Shown piece after piece: positions 9,065 through 18,467 of a stretch of DNA of 64,000 nucleotides. Numbering within the stretch: the first letter of the stretch is position 1; each line of letters starts with the position of its first letter. A program made the position numbers and the translations under genes. The notes under the pieces are model-generated. The model was not told where the DNA came from, did no database searches, and worked only from the letters and a program-made list of their open reading frames with translations. Origin of the DNA: an uncultured Gammaproteobacteria bacterium (GTDB lineage Bacteria > Patescibacteriota > Microgenomatia > UBA8517); assembly GCA_964541395.1 (NCBI GenBank), contig CAZIPM010000004.1, forward strand, positions 1,188 through 65,187, given 5' to 3'.

Positions 9065-9538
9065 TTATATTTTGCTTTTAATACCTTTTTGTTGCAGAGC
9101 CTCTTCTATTAAGAACAGCTGGTTACTTCGCAAAAGTGGCATATTCTCAACTAAAAAAAAGCCACATTCTGATACTTCATGGCTTGGGGTAAATTCACCA
9201 CCAATAAATATTCCGATATAACACATATCTAATCTGGCCCCATCACGATCGGTGCGGGTTTTAAGCTGATCATCAACACTTACAACAAGACCTGATTCTT
9301 CTTCGATTTCCCTTTCCAGAGCTTCAGTAGGGTGCTCTCCGGCTTTTAAATAACCACCAGGTAAACTCCATGAATGCTGCCTGTATGTGTGTTTAAAAAG
9401 CAGTATTTCACCTTTTTTATTAAAGATTATTCCGGTAGCACCAACTAAAAATTGATTTTGGAAAAAGCGCATCAAGAATAACTGCATTCCTTTTGGCAGA
9501 CTTAATAATTTCCAGATTTTAGCGAGTATTGATTTCAC
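9065..9538 (-). CDS. NUDIX hydrolase
   Basis: WSLPGGYLKAGEHPTEALEREIEEESGL Nudix box. Confidence 0.92.
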   Translation of the reverse strand: MKSILAKIWKLLSLPKGMQLFLMRFFQNQFLVGATGIIFNKKGEILLFKHTYRQHSWSLPGGYLKAGEHPTEALEREIEEESGLVVSVDDQLKTRTDRDGARLDMCYIGIFIGGEFTPSHEVSECGFFLVENMPLLRSNQLFLIEEALQQKGIKSKI

Positions 9539-9882
9539 AATGCGTTTTTATCTTGGGGTTCATCACTATCCGAATTATTTTTAAGTTTCTCATTTTCCAG
9601 TTCCAACTGGTGAATACGTTTGGTCAGGTTGTTTATTTCATCCTTCGTCTGTTTGATTGTTTTATCTTTTCCGTGCATGACAAGTGCTGTAAAGACTGAA
9701 TTTACAAGATAAATTAAATATGCCATACACAGACCGGTTAAAAGAGATCCGATAATAATATAAAAAAGAGGAATATCAGCAATAAGATATGGTCCCAGGC
9801 GTAACGACACCAACATTAAGTTGTTTTGTGCAAGATATGCCATGATCCCACCAACTATCAATAATAAAATAAGCAAGACCAT
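9535..9882 (-). CDS. LapA-family membrane protein
   Basis: TM-AQN-TM then coiled coil. Confidence 0.75.
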   Translation of the reverse strand: MVLLILLLIVGGIMAYLAQNNLMLVSLRLGPYLIADIPLFYIIIGSLLTGLCMAYLIYLVNSVFTALVMHGKDKTIKQTKDEINNLTKRIHQLELENEKLKNNSDSDEPQDKNAL

Positions 9883-9935
9883 TAATGTAAGTATACACGT
9901 TAGTTAAAAATTTATCACAATCACACCTAAGAGAT

Positions 9936-10163
9936 TTGACCGTTATTGTACAATGGGATGTGTCCGAATATAATCCTAGTAGTTTGCAATATGTACCTAT
10001 AGATCAGCAAATTATTGATGTCTTAAAAAAAACCGATAATACACAATTAGGTGAATCGGGTGTTTCGGCTACAATTCTATCTATGATTCGCCAAGGAATT
10101 GTACCTCAGTTGAGAGAAGACGTTCTTGACGATCTTTCTCTCGCTCTCGGTTTAGACCTATAA
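9936..10163 (+). CDS. hypothetical protein or fragment
   Basis: 75-aa ORF with TTG start. Confidence 0.35.
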   Translation: MTVIVQWDVSEYNPSSLQYVPIDQQIIDVLKKTDNTQLGESGVSATILSMIRQGIVPQLREDVLDDLSLALGLDL

Positions 10164-10202
10164 ATCCAACAAGACTACTTTAAACATGTATTATGCTACT
10201 TG

Positions 10203-10232
10203 ACAACTATTACAACTAGTTGTAATAGTTGT
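10203..10232. promoter_or_regulatory. perfect 30-bp palindromic operator overlapping a sigma70 promoter
   Basis: ACAACTATTACAACT/AGTTGTAATAGTTGT; TTGACA at 10200-10205. Confidence 0.8.
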
Positions 10233-10235
10233 AAT

Positions 10236-10406
10236 ATGACAACTAGTGGTAAACAAAGATCAACATTTTTTCTAAATTCCAGTTTATTAAAACAAGCTAG
10301 GGCTCAGGCTGTTGTTGAAGAGATAACATTAACTTCTTTAATCGAAAAGGCACTTAATAAGTATTTACCTAATCAAACGGTAATTAAAAAAGTTGAAATT
10401 TTATGA
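10236..10406 (+). CDS. ribbon-helix-helix regulator (start revised to 10236)
   Basis: RSTFFLNSSLLKQARAQAVVEEITLTSLIEKALNKYL pattern. Confidence 0.75.
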   Translation: MTTSGKQRSTFFLNSSLLKQARAQAVVEEITLTSLIEKALNKYLPNQTVIKKVEIL

Positions 10407-10801
10407 CAATAATTACAAAAGAGACAATTACTGCAGAAAATGGAAACGTAAAAGCTGTTTCTGACTCTTCTTCTAATAAGCAGGCAACCGGCTCCCAAAC
10501 CTTTGAGTACCTAGTGTACTACTTTTTTGGAGCTTTAGATATAATCCTTGCTTTCCGCCTTGTTCTCAAATTGGCTGGAGCAAGTGCAGGCAGTTTTTTT
10601 GTCAAATCAGTTTATGCAATCAGCAGATTTTTTATTATCCCATTTGAAGGGATATTTAAAAGGGGATATACCCAGGGCACAGAAACCACTTCTGTTCTTG
10701 AGCCGTCAACCTTGGTTGCGATTATTGTCTATGCAGTACTGGCAGTTGGAATAGTTAAATTAATTAGAATATCATCGGGAGAGGAACAGCAAGTTGATTA
10801 A
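10403..10801 (+). CDS. YggT-like membrane protein
   Basis: LAFRLVLKL.GA...F...Y..S.....PF.GIF pattern. Confidence 0.7.
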   Translation: MTIITKETITAENGNVKAVSDSSSNKQATGSQTFEYLVYYFFGALDIILAFRLVLKLAGASAGSFFVKSVYAISRFFIIPFEGIFKRGYTQGTETTSVLEPSTLVAIIVYAVLAVGIVKLIRISSGEEQQVD

Positions 10802-10822
10802 CAAACTGGAGGTGAATTATTT

Positions 10823-11071
10823 ATGGGTATAATACTTTGGATTATTTTTGGAGCAATCGCAGGTTGGGTGGCTTCGTTGGTTATGAAGACTGACTCTAGT
10901 CAGGGAACCTTAACAGATATTATTTTGGGAATTGTCGGAGCTGTTGTAGGAGGGTTTTTAATGGGCTTAGTCGGTCAATCCGGTGTAAACGGATTTAATT
11001 TATATAGTTTTATGGTTGCAGTTATCGGAGCCGTTGTAGTTATTTATATTGGTCGTATGATCAAAAGATAA
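10823..11071 (+). CDS. GlsB/YeaQ/YmgE transglycosylase-associated membrane protein
   Basis: WIIFGAIAGWVAS...IILGIVGAVVGG; GGAGGTG SD. Confidence 0.92.
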   Translation: MGIILWIIFGAIAGWVASLVMKTDSSQGTLTDIILGIVGAVVGGFLMGLVGQSGVNGFNLYSFMVAVIGAVVVIYIGRMIKR

Positions 11072-11082
11072 ATAGATCAATC

Positions 11083-11258
11083 ATGAAAACTTTACAACAA
11101 CAAAAGGACGAAATTGACAAAGAAGCATTAAGAGCCAAAGCCAAGCTGACAAAACTGCATTTGACGAAAGGCAAGCTGCTGCAGAGCTTGAAATTAAAAA
11201 TATTAATTTTGAGGTAGCAGCTAAAATCAAACAGATTCGCTACGACGCACAGAGGTGA
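11083..11258 (+). pseudogene. small coiled-coil gene broken by a 1-nt deletion near 11142
   Basis: Span is 176 nt; adding one A to GCCAAGCTG gives a continuous 58-aa Ala/Lys/Glu-rich ORF. Confidence 0.5.
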
Positions 11259-11287
11259 GAGAACGGAGTAGGGGGGGGTGATTAAGT

Positions 11288-11431
11288 ATGAATTTATCAA
11301 CAACAAATTTGAGTCCTTTAGCATCTTTATTATTTGGAATATTAATTCTTGTTTTCCCGAAATTTCTTAATTATTTAATAGCATTCTATCTAATTATTAT
11401 TGGAGTTATTGGCTTGGGTCTATTAAATTAA
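11288..11431 (+). CDS. DUF3096-like small membrane protein (not in ORF track)
   Basis: PLASLLFGILILVFPKFLNYLIAFYLIIIGVIGL; GGGGTG SD. Confidence 0.85.
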   Translation: MNLSTTNLSPLASLLFGILILVFPKFLNYLIAFYLIIIGVIGLGLLN

Positions 11432-11612
11432 AATAAAAAAAACCTAAAAACTGTCTGGTTTTTCTTACTTATTATCAAACCATAATGGTATAGTTACTTC
11501 GTGAACGGGATCGTTTTGTACGGTGCAGTATTTCCGGTTTGATAAAAATTGACCGCTAGTGTGTTTATTTTTTGTCAAACATTCGAAATGGAGAAATTGT
11601 ATTTTGAAATAA

Positions 11613-12467
11613 TTACTCAGGGAAAATTTTATTTTGGTAAATGAAATCTGCAATTGTTTTACTGATAAAATCCACTCCCTTTTGGGAAGGGTGAATAAAA
11701 TCTCCCGAAATTAATTCTTTTTTAACTTTTCCGTCTGAGTTTTTAGACAACGAATATACATCAATTACGGGAATATCTAGACTTTTAGCAAATCTTATAT
11801 GGTTTTCAATATAAGCTGTTCTTTCTTTTATCCAAGATTGTCTTACTTCAGCTGTTAAATCATAAGTACCTCTAGCAAAATTTTTGCTATCAAAAGCAGG
11901 TGGGGTTAAAAACGCCAATGCAGTATTAGGTTTTTTGTTTAATATCAAATTTACACTTTTTTCAAGAATCTCATTTTGTTTTTTAAGTCCCTCACTAAGC
12001 ATTAGGTGAGAAAGAGGATTATATGCAAAAGATTCTATGATGATTAATTCAAAACCTTGCTCAAGTATAGCCGGATGATCGGTTACTCTATCTGAAGTTG
12101 TTTGGGTAAGTCTGTCTGTCAAAGTTTCAATATTCGTTGCCGGGTAGCCATAGTTGTATGTCACAAATTCGGAGTCTGGATATAATTGGATTAATTCCTT
12201 TCTTAAAGTGTTTGCGTTGATTCCCAAAGAAGCAACTATTGAATCTCCCACAATTATTATTCTGTATGATCCGTTCTTTGGGATAACCGGATTATTATAA
12301 GGAAATTGATACGGAGTTGGAGTAGGTTGCCCTGTATTTTGTAAGATTTTTAGTCTAAATTTTTCTGAAGAATTTATTTTTTTGGCTATACTTACAGCAG
12401 TTACTAAAAAGATTGTTGAAATTGTTAAAATTAAAAAGATTAAGGTAAACCCTTTAGAATTATGCAT
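11613..12467 (-). CDS. membrane-anchored SGNH/GDSL hydrolase
   Basis: IVGDS block I and DFIHPS block V. Confidence 0.85.
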   Translation of the reverse strand: MHNSKGFTLIFLILTISTIFLVTAVSIAKKINSSEKFRLKILQNTGQPTPTPYQFPYNNPVIPKNGSYRIIIVGDSIVASLGINANTLRKELIQLYPDSEFVTYNYGYPATNIETLTDRLTQTTSDRVTDHPAILEQGFELIIIESFAYNPLSHLMLSEGLKKQNEILEKSVNLILNKKPNTALAFLTPPAFDSKNFARGTYDLTAEVRQSWIKERTAYIENHIRFAKSLDIPVIDVYSLSKNSDGKVKKELISGDFIHPSQKGVDFISKTIADFIYQNKIFPE

Positions 12468-12572
12468 ATTTGATAATATACTAATTCTACTTAATTGTTT
12501 AAATTGCCTATTTCATTTAATGATACCTATTCGTAAAATGATCCTTTGTGCTAGGTTACCATAACAAATAAT

Positions 12573-13400
12573 ATGAAAAAATGTGACTGTCAATTATGTA
12601 AATTTGAAAACCCTAAAATTTCTACTGCAGCCATTATTATTAAAGACCAAAAACTTCTGGTGGCTGTCAGAGGAGAAGAACCGTTCAAAGGTCAATATGA
12701 TTTTTTCGGAGGATATGTAGGGAAAGGTGAAACACCGGAAGAATCACACAAGAGAGAAATAAAAGAAGAATTGGGTGTTGATTGTGAAACTAATCTATTG
12801 ACTGCCATTCCAGGAACTTCCACATATGGCGATTATGAATTTCAGGTTGTTAATTTTGTATATTTGACTGAATTAAAAGGTGAAATAAAATTAATAGAAA
12901 ATGAAATTGAAAAATTTGAATGGGTTCCTATTAAAGATCTTTCGAAAATTGCCTTTGAAACCAACCAAAAGGCTCTGGAGTTTGTTAAAGAGAAATTGAT
13001 TTTTGACCTATCTAAAATAAATGAATTGGTCAAGCAACTTGATGCATCCGCAAAAGTAAACGAATATAGCCTGTATCGAGCTTTATTGGACGGTTATGTT
13101 GCCAAAATTGAAGTGGACGGAAAACTACAAGGCATGGGTTGGATCTTTCCAAGACAGACAATGCTCAGACGACAAGCGGTGGTTGAAGATATGATTGTAG
13201 ACGAATCCCAAAGGGGAAAAGGATTGGGAGAAAAGATCTTAAGAAACTTGTTGGATTGGGCCAAAAAAGAGGGAGTAGAAACAGTAGAACTGACCACCAA
13301 TCCAAAAAGGGTAGCTGCAAATTCTCTTTACCAAAAAGTAGGTTTTAAAATTCATCCCACCAATCATTACCTTCTGGATCTTATAGAATACGGATTGTAA
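12573..13400 (+). CDS. NUDIX-GNAT acetyltransferase fusion
   Basis: GGYVGKGETPEESHKREIKEELG Nudix box; VEDMIVDESQRGKGLG and ANSLYQKVGF GNAT motifs. Confidence 0.9.
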   Translation: MKKCDCQLCKFENPKISTAAIIIKDQKLLVAVRGEEPFKGQYDFFGGYVGKGETPEESHKREIKEELGVDCETNLLTAIPGTSTYGDYEFQVVNFVYLTELKGEIKLIENEIEKFEWVPIKDLSKIAFETNQKALEFVKEKLIFDLSKINELVKQLDASAKVNEYSLYRALLDGYVAKIEVDGKLQGMGWIFPRQTMLRRQAVVEDMIVDESQRGKGLGEKILRNLLDWAKKEGVETVELTTNPKRVAANSLYQKVGFKIHPTNHYLLDLIEYGL

Positions 13401-13429
13401 TAGATGATCTGTAGGACTACCATGAAGCA

Positions 13430-13660
13430 ATGCCTAGTAAAAGTAAGCTTGCAAAACAACTAGGAAAAACTTTAACATTTAGAATTATGGTTATAGTTGT
13501 CAATTCCATGGTTGTTTGGATCTATACCAAAGAAATCATGGCGACTATGTCCGTAATGACAATTACTACCATTACCAGTACTGTTTTATATTTTATTCAC
13601 GAGCGGTTTTGGGATAGGGTTCATTGGGGTGAAGAAAAAGCCCCATTGACTAACGGTTAA
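13430..13660 (+). CDS. DUF2061-like membrane protein
   Basis: KTLTFR...YFIHERFW. Confidence 0.8.
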   Translation: MPSKSKLAKQLGKTLTFRIMVIVVNSMVVWIYTKEIMATMSVMTITTITSTVLYFIHERFWDRVHWGEEKAPLTNG

Positions 13661-13713
13661 AAATAATTAAGTATTAGTGTAATGGTGTTTGTGTTTAAGG
13701 GGGTGAGTAATTT

Positions 13714-13923
13714 ATGAAGTATCTTCATTACGCTGCATATACTCTTTTGTGGGTTGGAGGTCTTAACTGGGGTCTGGTGGGACTTTTTGATTTCAATTTA
13801 GTTGAAAGTCTAGGGTTGTCATCAGGACTGGTTAATTTGGTTTATGTCTTAGTAGGTGCATCAGCGGTTTATTCTGCTGCTACTCACATGGGGGATTGTA
13901 AGGTTTGTTCAGGAAAGAAATAA
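13714..13923 (+). CDS. DUF378 membrane protein
   Basis: GGLNWGLVGLFDFNLV...VYVLVGASA. Confidence 0.9.
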   Translation: MKYLHYAAYTLLWVGGLNWGLVGLFDFNLVESLGLSSGLVNLVYVLVGASAVYSAATHMGDCKVCSGKK

Positions 13924-13926
13924 TAA

Positions 13927-14874
13927 TTAACAAGTATAAATCGAAGACTGATTGCATCTGGGACAGGTTATGGTTCCACCGGCTATGGTTGCGGTAACTT
14001 TTTGTTGACAAAATGGACATGTACACTCTAAAAACCTAACTCCCTCGGGCGTGTTGAAACTTACAGAATTAGACTCAATCAGACTTGAATAAGTTCCACC
14101 ACCACCAACACAGGTCAGTGCGTTTTCTCCCATTACACCAAGTTTGGCCATCTCCTGAGCAATATAGTATGACGGAGCGCGATTTACTAATAATTGACCA
14201 AGATATAGTCTGGTTTCTGGAGTCATTGGCACATAATTTTTATTTTTAGGTACATATACGGAAATAGCTTCCAAGATATCAACAACAGAAACAGTTTCTC
14301 CAATATCTATCAGTGTGCATCTAAGTTCTTCAGGAGATTTCATGCCTGTTGTTTTTGATGGAAAGAGTTTTTGGGCAATTAATAGAACTTCTTCGCGAGA
14401 ACACTTAAAGATTATGAGAGTATTATGTAGAATTCTTTGACCTGCAGGAGATTTCTGTATTTCATGAATGACAAGTTTATTGTCCGGATATTCTTTCTCA
14501 TTATTAAGTTCGGTACTTATCCAAGCTGAAACCGTGCTCTGAGGTTTAGAACTCCACGCATCTAATTGAGAAATTATTGAAAATTCAACAAGTCCTAAAT
14601 ACGGGTTCCTGTGTGACTCGGGAGTTATGATATCGTGTATATATTTTCCCGTTGCGGGATCTACAATTCCCCATTTGTCTACCCAGAAAAAATATTTATC
14701 CGGTTGTCTGTTGGATTCTTTGTGAATGGAATCGATATGCAATACGGCTGTTTGGATATTGGGAGCCTCTACATATCTATACGCTGCTACTGTTCTGACA
14801 TTTCTTTCAAGTGACATATTCCTGCTCGGGTTTCTATGGGAATTGTTAGTTTTCCGACTATACGGTTGCGGCAC
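13927..14874 (-). CDS. hypothetical protein with C-terminal zinc ribbon
   Basis: CPFC...CPRC at C-terminus. Confidence 0.7.
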   Translation of the reverse strand: MPQPYSRKTNNSHRNPSRNMSLERNVRTVAAYRYVEAPNIQTAVLHIDSIHKESNRQPDKYFFWVDKWGIVDPATGKYIHDIITPESHRNPYLGLVEFSIISQLDAWSSKPQSTVSAWISTELNNEKEYPDNKLVIHEIQKSPAGQRILHNTLIIFKCSREEVLLIAQKLFPSKTTGMKSPEELRCTLIDIGETVSVVDILEAISVYVPKNKNYVPMTPETRLYLGQLLVNRAPSYYIAQEMAKLGVMGENALTCVGGGGTYSSLIESNSVSFNTPEGVRFLECTCPFCQQKVTATIAGGTITCPRCNQSSIYTC

Positions 14875-14949
14875 AGCTGGGGAATTTCACCCCATTCCTT
14901 AAACACAATCCTTAAACGTAATTACAATTTATGTTAAACTTTTTGTAAA

Positions 14950-15474
14950 GTGGGTATTAATGTATCAATTCATGATCGGGCTTCTTTAGTACGTTCTGTC
15001 GTTGTGGCTGCCAATGACGGGATAACAACCACTTTTGCAGTTGTTGCGGGATCATTGGGTGCCTCTCTTTCGCCAAAAGTTGTTTTGATATTGGGTTTTG
15101 CCAACCTTTTTGCAGACGGTCTTTCTATGGCTACAGGAGCCTACTTGGGAGTCAAAAGTGAGATAGAGTTTGAAGAAAAGTCAGGACAAAACATAATTCT
15201 GGGTCATAAACCATTAAAAAATGCAGTTGATACTTTTATCTCCTTTGTTGTTGCCGGTTTTATTCCTTTAATTGCTTATCTTTTTAAGTTTAATAATGCC
15301 TTTGCTATATCAGCTGTATCAGTTTGTTTGGCACTAATGGTAGTTGGAGCCTTAAGGGGGAGATACACCAACAAAAGTATTATTAGGACCTCATTTGAAA
15401 ATCTTTTAATTGGTGGAGCAGCTGCAATGGTTGCATACTTTGTCGGAAGTTTAGTTGATAGGTATTTAATATAA
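14950..15474 (+). CDS. VIT1/CCC1 iron/manganese transporter
   Basis: ANDGITTTFAVVAG and ADGLSMATGAYL. Confidence 0.92.
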   Translation: MGINVSIHDRASLVRSVVVAANDGITTTFAVVAGSLGASLSPKVVLILGFANLFADGLSMATGAYLGVKSEIEFEEKSGQNIILGHKPLKNAVDTFISFVVAGFIPLIAYLFKFNNAFAISAVSVCLALMVVGALRGRYTNKSIIRTSFENLLIGGAAAMVAYFVGSLVDRYLI

Positions 15475-15491
15475 AGAAAGCGGGTGATGAT

Positions 15492-15674
15492 ATGGCGAAA
15501 AAAGATATAAAAAATTCATTTGGGATATCAAAAATGTTAATGATGGGATCGGGATTAGCGGTAGCACTCTCCGCTCTTGGTTATGTCGGTTATGACATTT
15601 GGCTGGCATCAACACAGTGGTTATTGGTGGCTGCAGTATTAGCATTATTTGGTGTATATTCTAAATTAAACTGA
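15492..15674 (+). CDS. small two-TM membrane protein
   Basis: Two hydrophobic helices, upstream SD-like GGGTG. Confidence 0.65.
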   Translation: MAKKDIKNSFGISKMLMMGSGLAVALSALGYVGYDIWLASTQWLLVAAVLALFGVYSKLN

Positions 15675-15679
15675 GGCTA

Positions 15680-15709
15680 GCGGAAATAAAGCGGAAATTA
15701 TGCGGAAAT
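15680..15709. repeat. three GCGGAAAT direct repeats, 11-bp period
   Basis: Copies start at 15680, 15691, 15702. Confidence 0.75.
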
Positions 15710-15793
15710 TGAAGATTAGTTAATATCTACTTTAAGTTGTAGTTATTAAAGAAAACTTGACAACTATAAGACAAGGGTGTATTTTTTATTTCA

Positions 15794-16261
15794 ATGAGAT
15801 TCAATAGGCGCGATGTTTGGGTAGGCCTAGCCATAGTTTTAGTTGTAATTATTGTAGGACTTCTTATCAGACGCTCAAGGAACAGGGTAACCACTACAAC
15901 ACCGACACCCATTTCAAATACTTCACTAACGCAGGAAATACAAGATAAATTTAAATATCAAATTCCGAAAGATGTAAATTCCATAGAACTAAAGGATGCC
16001 ACAGGTGGTGATAGTAGGGGTATAGCCACCGAAAAAGAAATATTAGTAGATGCACCCACTCCTGAAACAGGTTATTTTTACCAAGGATGGTTGGAGAATA
16101 ACGGCAATTTAGTTTCGTTGGGTAAATTGCAAATAGCCAAAGGGGGATGGCTGATTAATTTTGATGGAACAAAATACCCTGATCATAAAAAGGTAATAGT
16201 CAGTCAGGAAAAAGTTTTAGACAATACTCTGGAGAAAAAAATTCTGGAAGGATCTTTCTAA
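15794..16261 (+). CDS. membrane-anchored hypothetical protein
   Basis: TM helix, Thr/Pro linker, FYQGWL...SLGKL domain. Confidence 0.75.
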   Translation: MRFNRRDVWVGLAIVLVVIIVGLLIRRSRNRVTTTTPTPISNTSLTQEIQDKFKYQIPKDVNSIELKDATGGDSRGIATEKEILVDAPTPETGYFYQGWLENNGNLVSLGKLQIAKGGWLINFDGTKYPDHKKVIVSQEKVLDNTLEKKILEGSF

Positions 16262-16306
16262 AGTAGACAACTTAAGTTACTATTAAGATAATCAATTAAT
16301 CGTCTG

Positions 16307-16834
16307 ATGAAAAAATTTATATTAATTTTTGTTCTTGCAGTCTTACTCATTAGTTTTGCAGCAGCTTTTTATCTGTTTGCAGGTAAGTTGAAAACAGGAC
16401 AACCTTCTCCTGTACAACCACTGGCAACAGAATTTGGGGAAAACACTGTTCCTGAGGCTAATACCGACAGAGGAATATCTGTTTATGAAGATTATAGTGC
16501 TGAAATATATGAAAAAGCACTGACAGAAGACAGAGTAGTTGTTTTATATTTCACAGCCAACTGGTGTGAGATATGTAGAACTCAGGAAGAAATAAATACA
16601 AAAGTATTCTCCGGACTTACCACAGATGGAGTAGTTGCTTTAAGAATCCATATTTTGGATTCAGAAGCGACTATTGATACAGAAAACTTGGCAAAGAAAT
16701 TCAGCATTGCAAAAGAAAACACTTCGGTTATCCTTAATTCTGATACGGGAGCAATCGTTTATAAATTTACGGGTCTTTTAGAGGATGGAGCATTAATAGA
16801 AAAAATAATTGAAGCCAGACAGAAAGATGAATAA
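16307..16834 (+). CDS. membrane-anchored thioredoxin-like protein
   Basis: LYFTANWCEIC. Confidence 0.85.
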   Translation: MKKFILIFVLAVLLISFAAAFYLFAGKLKTGQPSPVQPLATEFGENTVPEANTDRGISVYEDYSAEIYEKALTEDRVVVLYFTANWCEICRTQEEINTKVFSGLTTDGVVALRIHILDSEATIDTENLAKKFSIAKENTSVILNSDTGAIVYKFTGLLEDGALIEKIIEARQKDE

Positions 16835-16843
16835 TAAAAAAGT

Positions 16844-17089
16844 ATGCAAATAAAAATTTATTCAACAACAACTTGTCCTTATTGCAAGATGCTGAAGGAC
16901 TACTTAATAGAAAAAAAAGTGACTTTTGTTGAAAAAGTGGTTGATACTGATGATGCAGCCAGAGAGGAAATGTCAAAAGAGTCAGGTGGATTTTTGGGAG
17001 TACCGTTCACTGTAGTTATAAAGGATGATGGCACCAAAATTGACATTGTCGGATTTGATAAAGGCAAATTTGAACAACTTTTTGCATGA
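16844..17089 (+). CDS. glutaredoxin/NrdH-like redoxin
   Basis: CPYC, GVP, IVGFD. Confidence 0.9.
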   Translation: MQIKIYSTTTCPYCKMLKDYLIEKKVTFVEKVVDTDDAAREEMSKESGGFLGVPFTVVIKDDGTKIDIVGFDKGKFEQLFA

Positions 17090-17745
17090 TATTTCTCAAT
17101 TTTAAAACCTATGAAGCAGGAACCGGAGAATCAGCCAAGTCACTAATTGCTATCTGCGAAATAGTTTCTTCAGCTACGGGTGTGAAAATAATTCCGGTAG
17201 TCCAGGCTACCGATTTAAAAGAGATTACCAGTACTTCAACACTGGAGATTTGGGCACAAAAAGTAGATCCTGTTGAGTTTGGGGCTAACACGGGTTCTAT
17301 TTTACCTGAAGCCGTGGTTGAAGACGGCGCGATGGGAACTTTTTTGAATCATTCTGAAAACAGACTGGCTGATTTTGAAACTTTAGCCAAAGCCCACGAC
17401 AGAGCAAAGGAAGTAAACCTTAAAACTTTGATTTTTGCAGTGGATGTGGATGAACTAAGGCAGGTAAGTTCTCTTTCTCCCGATTTTATCTCATATGAAC
17501 CACCGGAACTTATTGGTAGTGCCACAATGTCTGTAGCCTCTGCTAAACCTGATGTGATTGCTGAAGCGGTCAGGGTGGCAGGGCATGCTGGTATACCGTT
17601 AATTGTAGGGGCAGGAGTACATTCAATGAAAGATGTCAAAAAAAGTTTGGAAATGGGGGCAACTGGAATTGCCGTAGCTTCAGATGTAATGAAAGCAGCG
17701 GATCCTCAGAAGGAACTAATGGATTTGGCAGAAGGGTTTAAATGA
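17086..17745 (+). CDS. tpiA: triosephosphate isomerase, archaeal type
   Basis: NFKTY, NHSE, YEPPELIG, GAGV; 219 aa. Confidence 0.93.
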   Translation: MIFLNFKTYEAGTGESAKSLIAICEIVSSATGVKIIPVVQATDLKEITSTSTLEIWAQKVDPVEFGANTGSILPEAVVEDGAMGTFLNHSENRLADFETLAKAHDRAKEVNLKTLIFAVDVDELRQVSSLSPDFISYEPPELIGSATMSVASAKPDVIAEAVRVAGHAGIPLIVGAGVHSMKDVKKSLEMGATGIAVASDVMKAADPQKELMDLAEGFK

Positions 17746-18194
17746 TAAAAATATTTATAGGTGCTGATCACAGAGGTTATAAGTTAAAAGAAAAAGTAGC
17801 TTCCTGGCTTTTTGATTGGGGGTACGAATTTCTGGATTTGGGTGCACAAAGTCTTGACACGACTGATGACTATACAAAGTATGCCACTGAAGTTGCCTCA
17901 CTTGTGGTTGATCACAAAAATTCATTCGGAATACTTCTGTGTGGTAGTGGGGTGGGAGTTGATGTTATAGCCAACAAGTTCGATGGAGTGAGAGCATCGA
18001 TAGGAAAAAACAAAGAACAAGTAAAGGCAGGCAGGACTGATGATGATATGAATATTTTAGTTATCGCCTCTGACTATACCAAAGAAAACGAAGCCAAAGA
18101 AATGGTTAAAGTGTTCCTGGATACTGATTATGACAAGAAAGTCAGGCATGAAAGAAGGCTGGATGATATCTCCAAAATTGAAGCAAATAACTAA
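17742..18194 (+). CDS. rpiB: ribose-5-phosphate isomerase B
   Basis: GADHRG, CGSGVG, ANK, RHERR. Confidence 0.93.
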   Translation: MIKIFIGADHRGYKLKEKVASWLFDWGYEFLDLGAQSLDTTDDYTKYATEVASLVVDHKNSFGILLCGSGVGVDVIANKFDGVRASIGKNKEQVKAGRTDDDMNILVIASDYTKENEAKEMVKVFLDTDYDKKVRHERRLDDISKIEANN

Positions 18195-18197
18195 TTA

Positions 18198-18226
18198 TTG
18201 ACAATGTTATGAAATAGTTTCATACT
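18198..18226 (+). promoter_or_regulatory. TA promoter with inverted-repeat operator
   Basis: TTGACA-17-CATACT; ATGAAA-TAG-TTTCAT at 18209-18223. Confidence 0.7.
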
Positions 18227-18232
18227 GTTGGT

Positions 18233-18466
18233 ATGAATTACCAAAGAGTGACTGTTAGTTTACCTAAGAATGTATACCAAGATTTAATTACCTTAATTGG
18301 AAAGGGTAAGGTTAGTAGTTTTGTTGCTAACGCTACAAAAAAGATGGTTTTGGATGAAAAATTAACTCCAGGTAGCCCCGTGGATGCCTTTTTATCCCAT
18401 AGAGATAAATTGCCTAAATTAAGTGACAAGCAGATTATGGCTGCAATTAGAAAAGGAAGAATGTAA
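18233..18466 (+). CDS. RHH antitoxin (VapB-like)
   Basis: RVTVSLP..Y..L RHH start, directly upstream of a PIN gene. Confidence 0.8.
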   Translation: MNYQRVTVSLPKNVYQDLITLIGKGKVSSFVANATKKMVLDEKLTPGSPVDAFLSHRDKLPKLSDKQIMAAIRKGRM

Positions 18467-18467
18467 A

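Noticed and set aside
10200-10235. N-terminal MTTITTSCNSCN as a CxxC motif
   Set aside because: It is a translation of the palindromic operator; the likely start is 10236
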